Notes: generated by a model from the sequence alone, not told the origin. A DNA stretch of 64,000 nucleotides from the human T2T-CHM13v2.0 reference genome, Homo sapiens (GCF_009914755.1 NC_060942.1); one strand, 5' to 3'. Positions 1 through 12,306 are shown, counted from the first letter of the stretch. Made by a program: numbers and translations.

Positions 1-932
1 ATATTTCAATTATTTTATTAAATCAATATTTTATGGAAGTAAACACAATTGAGGTGCTTTGCTGCACTAAAATTTTATTTCAGGTGATTCAAATTTGATT
101 TAAATTCTTTATTCCCCCCCCAGAAATAAAATGGAAAAGGGAATCTAACAAGAACAATGGCCCATCTTTTACAGTTTGCGAAACAACATGATTTTAAATA
201 TTTTATTGGTTTCAAAGGTTGATAAATTCTAAATTTCTAGATTTTCTGATTTTCTACCAATTAATTGCATTTAGCTACAGATAGATTTGTCCCCTTTTAA
301 ATAGGTGGCCTTTGAAAATATAAATTCCACCCTCCCCTGTCCAGCTCCTTTCCTTCAGTGCCACTGCAAATCAGGACTGAGAGCCTCCACTTCAGATCAC
401 CAGGCACCAATTCATGTCAGCCTCATTTAGTTCAACTTGAAATAATTCTCATCTTTTACAATAACATTTTGGGTCTTGGGAGAAGGGCGTCAACTAAAAG
501 GTGATTCAAATAAATGATTAATGAACATATTGGCACTGGTGGGATTATGGCACTTGCTCATTTCAAATCACACTTTCCTAAATGCTCAGCCTTTTAAACA
601 CATACTTTTTAAAGAAACTTATATATTTAAAATTAACCCCTCTCCTAATGACTTTGCATCTATTTGCTTTATTAGTGGAAGCTACAGAGCACACTATGCA
701 ATCTGTATTGATCCTTCAGATTAATACGGAATTTAAAGTGAATCCTCCCCCTCTACCACTCTGGCTGAAAAAAAAGACCCTCCAAATATCACTTATGAAT
801 AGAAAAACATAGAGTTAAACAAACCACTGTCATCAGCTTGTCTTGTACTGAAACCGCTCTTTAGAAATGCCTTAGGCATGATTTTTAATACTAAAGCTTT
901 TTTAATACTAAAAATATTTTTAAAAGGACATT

Positions 933-1003
933 TCTCTCTCTCCCTTATATATATATATATAATTTATATATATTATATTATTTATATATATTATATATAT
1001 TAT
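933..1003. repeat. (TC)n followed by AT-rich (TA)n microsatellite
   Basis: tctctctctc then tatatatatat...tattatatatat, seen directly. Confidence 0.85.
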
Positions 1004-1554
1004 TTTGCATTAACCACTTTTAAACCAATGGCAATTGAAAAAGAATATTTTAAAAAGGGAATTAAATGGTGAGAAAGACTCTATGTACGGTGCATTTTCC
1101 TGTGTAAAAGCTAGGCTTTGGTTTATTATTTCTCATCACACGATACCATGAACACACTCTAATAAAGTTGCGTGCAATCTTCAGCAGGCACTGTTGTAGA
1201 ATATAAACCCAGAGAATAGGCAAGTAATTATTTTGTGTGAAAAAATAACAACACGACAATTGTGTATGTATTTAATATTTATCTGCAAGTAAGACATAAA
1301 TAGCACCTCACAAATGCATGTGGATTGACATCAGCCCTTGTAGTAGGAGGCTGACAGGGACTCCCTGCCTGCTTGTTCTCTTCATTGTCTTGTCATTTGT
1401 GGCTGGTTTTACTCTACTGTTTAAGTAGACTTAAAGACTTTTTTTCTGATTCAATCAAATTACTCTTATAAAATACACAAATGTCTTAAACAATTCCTGC
1501 TAAAACCAGAATTGAGCAGTCTTACCATCTCTAGTTTTCTTCCTTTCTCTTCAA

Positions 1555-1730
1555 ATGTTGATTGGGATTGGATTGAATACCCAAATCAATTTTGAAGACA
1601 TTGACCTACGTACTACCCTCAATTCATGAGCAATGTGTATTTTACCTTTAATGTAAGAATTTTAAAATTCTCTTCAGTAATGTTTGATATAGTCAGTGTA
1701 TAAATTTTGTACATATTTCATTAATTTCTA
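1555..1730 (-). mobile_element. Ancient L1M (LINE-1) ORF2 fragment
   Basis: attgggattggattgaatacccaaatcaatttt...gtgtataaattttgtacat resembles the antisense of the L1 ORF2 post-RT region. Confidence 0.65.
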
Positions 1731-1774
1731 GAAAGAAAAGGAAGCTTTCTTTATTTTATATAGGCTAGCTGCCA

Positions 1775-2770
1775 TAAAACTATGTTAAACATCATACATA
1801 ATGGTGAAATGCAGTAGCTTTCCCTTTGATAATAAAAACAAGGTGAGCTATTCTCAACAATTTCATTCAACCTTTTATGGGAAATCAGGCCAGTGTAATA
1901 CGGAAAAAAAAATATAAGGGAAAAATACTCACCATTTTCATATAAGATTATATACTTAGAAAAATAAAATAAAGTTTTATATAAAATATTATAAATAATA
2001 TGTGAGTTTTGCAAGGTTGCTGGATACAAATTAGTATGTGACATTACTGAGAACAATGATTTAAAAGTAAGCATTTAAAAATATGCCATTTACAATAGCA
2101 CCAAAAATGTGAAATGCTGCAGAAATGCATACACACATGCACCAGGAGACATACAAAACCCGCTCACAGCAGCACTGTTCAAAATAACCCCAGGGCAACA
2201 TCAACCCAGTGGCCGTCAAGAGTCAAATGGATGAGTCTGAGAAATGTAGTGAGACCTTGTCTCTACAAAAAACGGTTTAAAAAATTGGCTGAGCATAGTG
2301 GTGTGCACCTGTAGTCCCAGCTACTCAGGAGGCTGAGGTGGCAGGATCACTTGAGCCTCGGACGTCGAGATTGCAGTGAGCCTAGATCGTGCCACTGCAC
2401 TCCAGCCCTGGCCACAAAGCAAGACCCTGTCTAAAAATAAACAAACCGTAAAAGAAAAAAGTAGAATGAATGATTCATTTAGAGAAAACTATACAGTACT
2501 ATAAATGAAGGAATTACAGCTCTGTAAAACAATACTAGTGAATCGCCAAACGTGTTGATGCACGAAAGAAGTGACACCAAATGATCATACACCGTCTGCG
2601 GCGGCTTTTCTGTGTCCACAAAGAGACCCTCCCACAGGCACATGCATGATGCTGCTTCCCAGTGAGAAACTTCGGAGAGAAGACAGGAGGAGACGTGGAA
2701 TGTTTCGGGGCTAGAAATGTCCATTTCTTGAGGTGTGTCGCGTGCGCGTTTTGACCTCGGACTGCACATG
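1775..2770 (+). mobile_element. Ancient L1ME-like fragments (ORF2 RT region and 3' end), interrupted by an Alu
   Basis: aacatcatacataatggtgaaa...gcaaggttgctggatacaaa...ccatttacaatagcaccaaaaat, then 3'-end-like cagcactgttcaaaataacc and ggggctagaaatgtcc. Confidence 0.65.
2236..2445 (+). mobile_element. AluJ-like SINE, 5'-truncated
   Basis: gtgagaccttgtctctacaaaaa...ctgtagtcccagctactcaggaggctgagg...gcaagaccctgtct plus A-rich tail. Confidence 0.9.
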
Positions 2771-3750
2771 TGCGCCTCCACCCAGGGCTGGTCTTCAACG
2801 GGCAGGACCTGGAGACGGGGCGCACCGAGGCACAGGTGGAAGGTCCCCCCAAGAGGCTGCAGGGCAGAGAAGAGCCGCTCGTTCCTTGTGGGAACTGAGC
2901 TCCACGGGTCTGCCCGAGTGCTGCAACCTGAGAGTGTGTGGCCAAGAAGGTGAGTAGCACGGGGGTCCGCTGGCCCGTCCCACCGAGGCTGTGCAGTGGT
3001 GCAGGGGACACGGTGCTGGGAAGAGCTGCCATGCCAGGGCCCATCCCCCGACGCCATCCCCGCCGAGAGAGCCAGGGTCTTGGGACCAGGGCCCGGACAG
3101 CCCCTGCAGGGGTTCCGCTCTGCAGAGTGGGCCCTTCGGCGGTCCTTAAATTCTTTGCAGTGAATGACCCAAGGGAAGGAGGGCGAGCGGGGAACCACGA
3201 GGCTCGGAGCTGAGTGGTGGCCTCAAGGACCCTTCCAGAATGCGAATGAATATTTACTGGAAAGAGACCATTAACCCAAAGCAACCAGAACGCTTTGAAG
3301 AGACAAGATGCATTTTCCTTTCCGTGGAGGGAAGAAGGGCTCGCCGAGGCAGATGAGTTAGCACGAAAAAGAGGGCGTCGTCCTTTCGAATACGTTTGAC
3401 TGAAGAAAGTCTCAGGCTTATCAGGTCCATATCACACATATTCATAGATTCCTTAACTTTTACGTCAGAAGCGAATCCACTTTCCTTCTTTATGTCCTTT
3501 ATTATTGTGAAATCAAAGGACTCCGAAAGGAAATTTACTCCTGTGTTTAAAACTGAAGTCTAGCTCGTGCTTCTGAAATGACGCATAAATAATTCAAGCT
3601 TGAGAGGGAAGAACTGGCCACACTTTGGAGGCGCCGAGCTGGGGAACCTGGTGTCCGAAGCCAAGCTCTGCTCGGGCCCAGGAGGACGCAGGGACATCGC
3701 ACTGTCCCCCACGCCTGGCCTGTGCTCCTTTAATCTTGGTCCTAATGATC
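2540..3750. promoter_or_regulatory. CpG island-like region (orphan), candidate promoter/enhancer
   Basis: About 60 CpGs in ~1.2 kb by hand count; GC-rich core at 2730-3230; strong donor AAG|GTGAGT at 2949/2950. Confidence 0.65.
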
Positions 3751-3912
3751 GAATTAAAGAGGGATACAAATCTTTGTAAAGAATCTCTGTTAGATGTCTA
3801 CATGGTTCAGAGAAGCTTCTCAAGTGAACGCAGGGCTTCATAAACTTGGGATTTGCAGAACATTAATATTTAATAACGGGCAGCGTTTACTCCCTCCCCA
3901 TTCTCCTCTCCT

Positions 3913-4903
3913 ATACACACAATAGCTCAGACACACACAACCACATGCTCACACATGCACCCATAACTACACAATCACACACACAACCCTATACTCAAGC
4001 TCACAACTACAATCACACATACACACGGCCATGTGCTCACACATGCACAAACGACTACACAGTCACACACACAACCCTATACTCACACAACTACACACTC
4101 ACATATGCACAGCCACAGGCTCACACATACACACATGACTACACAATCACACACACAACCCTATCCTCACAAACACACATACACAACCACATGGTCACAC
4201 ATGAACGTACGACTACACAGTCACACACATAACCCTGTACTCATGCACACAACTACACACACACACACACAACCACATGCTCACACATGCACGCATAACT
4301 GCACAATCACACACACAACCATATACTCAAACTCACAACTTCAGGCACACACATTCATACATGGTCACATACTCTCACATGTACATTCAACTACATAGTC
4401 ACACACACAACTGTGTACTCACACAACCACATGCTCACACATGCACGCATAACTACACACACAACCATATACTCAAACTCACAACTGCAATCACACACTT
4501 TCCTACACGGTCACATGCTCTCACATGCACATATGACTGCATAATTACACACAGCCATATACTCACACACTCAAATACACAATTACACACAACACAATCA
4601 CATACACACAATAACATGCTCACACATGCACATAGGACTACCCAATCACACATACAACTCTATACTTACACACACAATTACACAATCATACACACTCACA
4701 CATGACCATATACTCACACATGCACATACAACTGTGCAATCACACACACAATCATAAACTCACAACTGCACAAGCATACACACAACCACATGCTCACATA
4801 TGCACATACAACTACGCAATTACACAACCGTATACTCACACAACTACACAATCACAACCATATACTTACACACAACCACACTGTCACACCCACTCACACA
4901 CAT
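3913..4903 (+). repeat. CA-rich degenerate low-complexity tandem repeat
   Basis: Recurring cacacacaaccacatgctcacacatgcac and actacacaatcacac units; source of the His/Thr-rich ORFs. Confidence 0.95.
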
Positions 4904-7831
4904 AAGGGATTTAAACCTAGACTGCATTCATTTTTAAAATAATCCCTATCTCAATGCTTTATGTATTAATATTAACACAAAAAACTGTCAACACAATGTT
5001 TTTCTGAACTAATTTTTAAGTATCATTCATATAGAAATAATTCAATGATCTAGCTTAGTGAATTTAAAAGGCAGTCATTTAATTTTTATAAAATTTGTAA
5101 AGTTTCAACTGAAATGTTTATTGTCTGTTTTTGTTGACACTGTTATTGTTAGGCTCAATAAAAATAATTTCATGGCGTTTCTAAGCAATTGCATCACTCC
5201 TCTATATCACATGATTTGAGTTATAACACAGTCATAACTAAATCATATATTGGGAAATCTCTCATAGCTTAAAAGCCAGGCAGCCTGCAGTGGCTTTGCC
5301 TTTCTGTAACCTTCTCCTTGTATTATGTGGTACATCCCACGGGGAGATTCTAGGATAAGATGACACCAATATAAAAATAAAATCACCTGAAGAGAGCAAT
5401 TATAATGTCGTTTGTGAAGTTTTTCAGTGAGGTTATTTGGAATAAAATGACTGTTTTGTGTTCTGAATACACAGAAGTTGCATAAATATTTGCTATGTCC
5501 ATGGTGGTCACTTAAAACAATGCACATTTTGGTTACCGTTGCTAGTCTTAGGGTGATCTGTGTTATAGGAAGTTTCTGTATTAAAAATGAGGCCCTCTTT
5601 GTACAACACATTTTTAATGTTTGCATTACATTTATTTTAATTAGCATAAGTCAATGAAAGAAAACCTTAATAAGACTGATAATTTTGGTGGTGAGCTTTG
5701 GTTACTGAAACGGGATGCATCTTCTAGGGATTTTCATAGACTCCGAGTAGGGCTCCCAGAGGCGAGTGCTGACGGCCGGGACTCCCGCTCCAGCTCACCT
5801 ACCACAGGCTTCACACACAGACCTACTTCTGAGCTAGCTGCTGCTACATACAGTTACCTCACTCATTCCAAGATTAGTGTAAATATTAACATGCCTTTCT
5901 CCACCAAAAACTTAGTGACTTTGAGAACCCATTCCACAGAAACAAATAACCTCTTGATGGCTATCTCTCTCTCTGATTTATTTACAATAGCTCCTTTTAA
6001 TCTTGTCATTTATTACCCGCACTAACTCAGGGTTGCTAGAATCCATCCATTCTTCCTCTTACACCTGCCTGATCAAACCGTCCCTGAAACAGGAGGTCCA
6101 GTGGTTCTAACAACTTGGCAGTACCTGCACCTTCTGCTGGGTGGTTACTTGTGCACAGCCTTCTCTCACAAATATCAGACACAGATTTTCCACTAATTTA
6201 TGTGATTATTTGCAAAATAAGGTGTATATTCCTCCTGAAATCATTTCTTCAAGAGGGCGGAATTTCCATTTGTTGGTTAACAAAACGGGAGCAGCCGGCC
6301 TGTGTGGGGACGAGGGGGACTATCCTTGTCCCAGCTCTGCATCAACAGATAACTGCCCTGTCACTCACACCACAATACTTCCCTCCTCCACCCTCCAACA
6401 ATCAGCGACAACAATCGCAGTAAAAAGCTCTATTTGCCAAAAAAGTTAACTGACACCCGGATTAAAAAAATATATGGTGGATTTGCAGTTGTCTCTCACA
6501 CTAAATTATCCTCTGATTCTATATCCAGCTGAACTCAATCCTGAGTTAGCACATATTTGATAGAAATATAGAGAAAGTCGAAGCAGGGAGAAGGTAAATG
6601 AATTGTCAAAAGCCCTGCAGCAATGAAGTTCTGCAGCCAGGAATGAAATCCAACATTTCCAGCTCAGAATCTCCCCTCCCCAGGATATGCAAGCAATGCT
6701 CCTTTGCACCCAGAAGACAAAACCTGCTTGGCTTTGAACCAGTGTGGATCTCTTGCCTGACAAAACTTGGTTTCTAAAGGTGTCAACGCTCTTCAGAATT
6801 ACTTAAAATTTAAGTTCAGCACAACAGATTCTGAGATGTTTCCTAATGACAGCACTTCTGGAAGTCATTGGTTTATCCTGTTAGTTGCGAAACCCCATCC
6901 TCAAAATCCAGTTCCCACCGCCACTGAGAAGAGGTTGGAGCCAGCAGCGTGGCTAGCTGCTCTTGGTCTCCATGGTGACAGACATTGCCCCTTCTTCCGG
7001 GCAGCCTGCATGTTGATGCCATCCATGTCGTTTAAAGAAAGAGGCTGGTTGTGAGGAACAGATGCCCATGACCACCAAGTCATTCATTCTGTTCCAGCCC
7101 TGAACAAGTGATTGCTTCTTCCCACTTCGTTGTGTGAGAAAAGTGAGTCAAGATTCTGGCACAGAAACTAAAGTTAAGACAGTCATCTTTAGTGACCGCC
7201 CTGACAATGAACATAGTGTAACATCACTGTAATCTTTTATTCCAAAAAGTGGCCAAATGATGACGTGAGTGAGAGAAACTGATTAGCCAGAAGGGAAGGC
7301 TTTCTTCCTCTTTGTGAAGAGGTTAAGCACAGTGGTATTTGGCCAAGTGATGAGAACCTCCTACGTTCTTTTCAGGGAACTTTTCTTCTGAAAGGACTTT
7401 GGGTTTTGTTCATCAGTTTGAGTCATAGCAGCTCATGAAGTCAGTGCCTCTTTTGAATTTTCTAGGAGGTTAAGTAAGTTGCCTTCAACCTTTGAAGTTT
7501 CAATTTCTACCACAAAAGGTAAAAGTATAAATAATAATGATATTAGAGGCAATTATCTTAAACACTGACCCTTAGAAGTGGTGGACGGTCCACTGTCGTG
7601 ATTCAAAGCATTTATCAAGTGTTTGAATATGTGTTTTGTGATTATTCTAGGTTCCACACAAAAATAACTGAAGATGGGCCTCCAGTCTTACGACGCCACA
7701 AAGTGCCCTGACACCACTGAACACGAAAACTCATTGCAGAGGTCAGAACAGTACTTCATCAATATAAAATGTATTACCTGTATCACACTTATCACATAGT
7801 ACATGTTTTTCAATCAGTCAATAGTGTTGTA

Positions 7832-7883
7832 TTTGGAACTTGTTCTGTGCAAGAACAGATTTTGGAACTTGTTCTGTGCAAGA
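7832..7883. repeat. Short direct tandem duplication (23-bp unit, period 29)
   Basis: tttggaacttgttctgtgcaaga at 7832-7854 and 7861-7883. Confidence 0.9.
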
Positions 7884-8435
7884 CCAACTTTCAAATATTG
7901 TAGAAAATAGAAAAATTTGACTTATGGCTTCTGTTCTCAAAAAGCTTATAGCTGACCATTTTAGAGTCAGCCTCAGGAGAGAAGGGCACTGCTGGAAGCA
8001 GAGTTGTAGTCAAGAAAGGAGAGTTCTTGGACCACCAGGCTGAGCCATGGGGCTGGGGGTGGTGAGAGGAACTCGTTAACACCTGAAGTGACCAATCACT
8101 CAGAGACTTTCATCCACTGGGTTGCCTTCTTACTTAACAGATACTTGCTCTTCACCTACTGGGCTTCGAGCACTGTGTGGTCTATGCCTTGAGGATCACT
8201 TTCCAATTCATAAGGCTTATAAACAATTTTCTTTTAAAATACATTTAATTTATTGAGACATTGTATGAGCAAAATCATAAACAAGGGGCCAATTCAGAAA
8301 ATAAAAAAAAAACTCTGGATTTTAATATAGTCAATGAGTTAAGAAAATAGTCAATGTGCTTTTTAAGGAATGAGTAAGAGTTGACTAGATAGAGAGACTG
8401 GCTAGGGGTATATCAGGTACAGAAAAAGCTTCAGT

Positions 8436-8586
8436 GGTTCCATATGAATTTTAGGATTTTTTTTTATTTATGTAAAAAATGTCACTGGGGTTTTGATGGG
8501 GACTGCACTGAATCTGCAGGTCACTTTGAGTAGCACGGACGTTTTAACAATATTGACTCTTCCAATCCATGAACATCACATCTTTC
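8436..8586 (-). mobile_element. Inverted 5' segment of an L1MB-type element (twin-priming structure)
   Basis: Its reverse complement (ggaaagatgtgatgttcatggattggaaga...cctaaaattcatatggaacc) is the ORF2 sequence just upstream of the sense part that starts at ~8587. Confidence 0.8.
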
Positions 8587-10337
8587 CGAAAACTGTAGTC
8601 ATAACACTTCTTGATTCCAAAATATATCACAAACCAACAGTAATTGAAAAAGGTCTGGCAGTGGCATAAAGACACATAGATAAATGAAACAGAAGAGAGA
8701 GCCTAGTAATAAATTCAAACCACAATGGTTAACTGATATTGGACAAGTTCCTAAGAGCACACATTGGGGAAAGAACTGTCTCTTCAACAATGGTGCTAGA
8801 AAAACTGGATATCCACATGCAAAAAATTAAAATTGAAGCCTTATCTTATATCATACACAAAAATCAACTCAAACTGGGTCAAACTCTTAAATGTAAGACC
8901 TGAAATCATTGAGCTCCTGAAAGAAAACATAGGGGAAAACCTTCTTTATATTGGTCTTGGCAATGATTTCTTGGCTAGGACATCAAAAGCACAAGCAATA
9001 AAAGCAGAAAGAGACAATTGTACTACATCAAACTAAAAAGCTCTGCACAGCAAATGAAGCAATCAACAGAACCCATAGGTGAACTTTTCATCTTGTTGAC
9101 TGGCAGCCTATGGATTGGGGAAAACTATTTGCAAATCATTATCAGCCTCAGATGATAAAAGGCTTACACCCAACTATATAAAAAAAAGCTCTTACAACTC
9201 AGTAGTAAAACAATAATAGTCTAATAATATGATTTTAAAAATGAATGAAAGTCTTAAATAGCCATTTTTTTCAAGGAAGATATACAATTGACCAATAGGA
9301 TCTATGAGAAAATGCTCAACATCACTAATTATCAGGGAAATGCAAATCAAAACCATAATGAGATATTACATCATACCTGTGAGAATAGTTATTATTTAAA
9401 AAAAGAAGTGTTGATGATATTGCAGAGAAATTAGAAACCTTGTACACTGTTGATAGGATTGTAAATTAGTGCAGCCATTATGGAGAGCAGTATAGAGGTT
9501 CATGAAAAAATCAAAATAGATTGATTCAACATGATTCAGCAATTCCATTTTTCAACATAAAATCCAAGAGAAGTGAAATGCGTATGTCAAAAAGATATCT
9601 TCACTCCTGTGTTCATTGCAGTATTATTCTCAATAGCTAAGATATGGAAACAACCCAAACGTCTATCATCAGAGGAATGGATAAGGAAAATGTGGTATAT
9701 TCCTATAGTGGGATATTATTCATCCTTAACCAAGAAAGCGATCCTGCCATGTGCAACAACGTAGATGTACCTTGAGGACATTATGTTAACAGAAAGAAGT
9801 CAGCCACAGAAAGACGAATACTGAATGATTTCATTTACATGAGTTCTCTAAATTAGTCAAACATATGGAAGCAGACAGTAAAATTGTGATTACTAGGGCG
9901 AGGGGGAAGGGTTTCTGTTCAGTGGGTAGAGTTTCAGTGGTGCAGGGTGGATAGCTGTAGACATCGGCAGTACAGCACAGTGCCTATAGCTAACAACACT
10001 GCACTGAAGTGTCCTTGAAAATGCTGCATTGCACACTTGAAAATGTAAATACTGCATTGTGCACTTGAAATGTAAATCTCACTTGACACGAGATCGACCC
10101 TCTTATATTTTCTGGTGCTACTCTTGGCCTTGTCTTTGTCTTCCCTTACCAAAAAAAATAAAAAATACACAGAAACACAAAGAAACTTTTGGATGGAATG
10201 GGTATATTCATCACCTCGATATGGTGATGGTTTCATGGGTGTAAGCTATGCCCAAACCCATCACATCATATGCATTAAAGATGTGCAGAGTGTTTGTGTA
10301 CCAGTTATACTGCAATAAAGCTGTGAAATAAACAAAC
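8587..10337 (+). mobile_element. L1MB-type LINE-1 3' portion (ORF2 C-terminus, 3' UTR, A-rich tail)
   Basis: ORF2-like peptides (YTKINSNW, VFIAVLFSIAKIWKQPK); L1MB-like 3' UTR ending ttatactgcaataaagctg; possible degenerate TSD aaaagcttcagt (8424-8435) / aaaagactttagt (10338-10350). Confidence 0.85.
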
Positions 10338-10946
10338 AAAAGACTTTAGTAAGTTAATGCGGAGAGACATTACCACCGTATTTCAAGAGAGAGCCAGTAG
10401 TCCCATCTGATCCAAAAATGTCACCAAGAAGCGTAGACTGAGAGACAGGGATGGAAAAGGAGTTTGGCCTTAGATTCGGGACGCTGTTCGGCAATTACCA
10501 TCAGTTCTGAAATACTCTGTGGGAAATTGGAAAGTATTTAAAAACACAAGAAAAGCAATCCTAGCGCACGACACTGTAGGTTTTCACAGTATTCTTTACT
10601 TGTAAAAGCAGTACCTGGCTGGGTCTCCGCATTGCCACAGGGTTTACCAAGATGCAGACTCTGATTCAGGAAATTGTGTGAGGCCCAAGATGCCTTATTC
10701 TATGTTTTCAAATCGCCATTTTATTTTTATGTTATTGGCTACTGGAAATATAGTAAGCGATGTGGAATTTCCAGCAGTTCCCTGGATCCACACTCCGACT
10801 AACCAGGAGCAACAGGAGTTGAACTTATCTGGAGCCATGAAATTGTACTGCAAATGGGATAGAATGTTTCCCTATGTTGGGTCAACAGTGTGAGAATCGT
10901 GATTCAGGAAAGAGAACACAGCCCTTGGTAAATCCAGATTGCTGGC

Positions 10947-11300
10947 TGATATGGTTTGGCTATGTCCCCATTCAAATCGCAACTTGAATCGTATCTCCCG
11001 GAATTCTCACGTGTTGTGGGAGGGACCCAGGGGGAGATAATTGATTCACCGGAACCAGTCTTTCCCGTGCTATTCTCATGATAGTGAATACGTCTCACGA
11101 GATCTCATGGGTTTATCAGGGGTTTCCTCTTTTGCTGCTGCTTCATTCTGTCTTGCTGCTGCCATGTAAGAAGCGCCTTTCTCCTCCCGCCGTGATTCTG
11201 AGGCCTCCCCAATCATGTGGAGCTGTAAGTCCAGTTAAACCTCTTTTTCTTCCCAGTCTCGGGTATGTCTTTATCAGCAGCATGAAAACAGACTAATACA
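10947..11300 (+). mobile_element. THE1A solo LTR (ERVL-MaLR)
   Basis: tgatatggtttggct...gggtttatcaggggtttcc...cagactaataca; perfect 5-bp TSD CTGGC at 10942-10946 and 11301-11305. Confidence 0.92.
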
Positions 11301-11404
11301 CTGGCTTAGAAAGAAGTGGCAACAAGAAATGAAACTTCATTGAAAAGCAGAATACACTAAAGGCCATAGCCCAGACACAGCCTCCTTCTTGTGGAAACAG
11401 ACAT

Positions 11405-12306
11405 CTGTGTGTGTGCACGTGTGTATGTGTCTGTGCGTGTGCATCGTGAATGTGTCTCTGTGTGTGTGCACGTGTGCATGTGCCTCTGTGCGTGTGCATG
11501 TGTCTCTGTGTGTGCACGTATGCATTTGTCTGTGAGTGTGCATGTGTGCATGTGTCTGTGCGTGTGTATCTGTGAATATGTGTGTGCACGTGTGCATGTG
11601 TCTGTGTGCATGTGCGCATGTCTGTGTGTGCATCTATGAATGTCTGTGCATGTGTCTTGTGTGCATGTGTGCATGTCTCTGTGCATGTGCATGTGTGTGC
11701 ATGTGTGCGTGTGTCTCTGTGCACGTGTGCATGTGTCTGCGTGTGCATGTGTGCATGTCTCTGCACGTGTGTATGTGTCTGTGCATGTGACTCTGTGCAC
11801 ATGTGCGTGTCTGTGCATGTGCATGTGTGCATGTGTCTGTGCCTGTGCATGTGTGTGTCTCTGTGTGTGTGCATGTGTGCGTGTGTGCATGTGTGCGTGT
11901 GTCTCTGTGTGCACGTGTGCATGTGTGCATGTCTCTGTGTGTGCATGTGTGTGTGTGCATGTGCCTGTGTGCATGTGCACGTGTGTATTGTCTGTGCACA
12001 TGTGCAAGTGTCTCTGTGTGTGAACATGCACATGTTCATGTGTCTGTGTGTGTGCATGTGTACGTGTGCATCTGTACATGTGTCTGTGTGTGTGCATGTG
12101 TCTGCGTGTGCATCTGTGCATGTGTCTGTGTGCACGTGTGTATGTGTGAGTGCACATGTGCAAGTGTCTCTGTGTGTGCACATGCACATATTCATGTGTC
12201 TGTGTGTGTGCATGTGTCTGTGTGTGTGCATGTGTCTGTGTGTGCATGTGTCTGTGCGTGTGCATCTGTACATGTGTCTCTTTGTGTGTGTGCATGTGTG
12301 CATGCA
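11405..12306 (+). repeat. TG-rich (TGTGCA-type) low-complexity tandem repeat
   Basis: Near-continuous gtgtgcatgtgtct units; source of the Cys/Val/His-rich ORFs in several frames on both strands. Confidence 0.95.

Noticed and set aside
882-912. Short tandem duplications (also 12331-12348, 30992-31027, 53808-53836, 56889-56918)
   Set aside because: Ordinary slippage-type duplications with no sign of function
1161-1166. AATAAA as a possible gene 3' end
   Set aside because: The hexamer is common in AT-rich DNA and no upstream exon supports it
2479-3284. 239- and 249-aa minus-strand ORFs
   Set aside because: Overlapping frames in GC-rich CpG-island sequence, partly L1-derived, with non-ATG starts and no recognisable homology
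3945-4905. HT-rich ORFs
   Set aside because: Translation of the CA-rich low-complexity tract
7841-7875. Steroid-receptor half-sites TGTTCT/AGAACA in the tandem duplication
   Set aside because: Orientation and spacing do not fit the AGAACAnnnTGTTCT element
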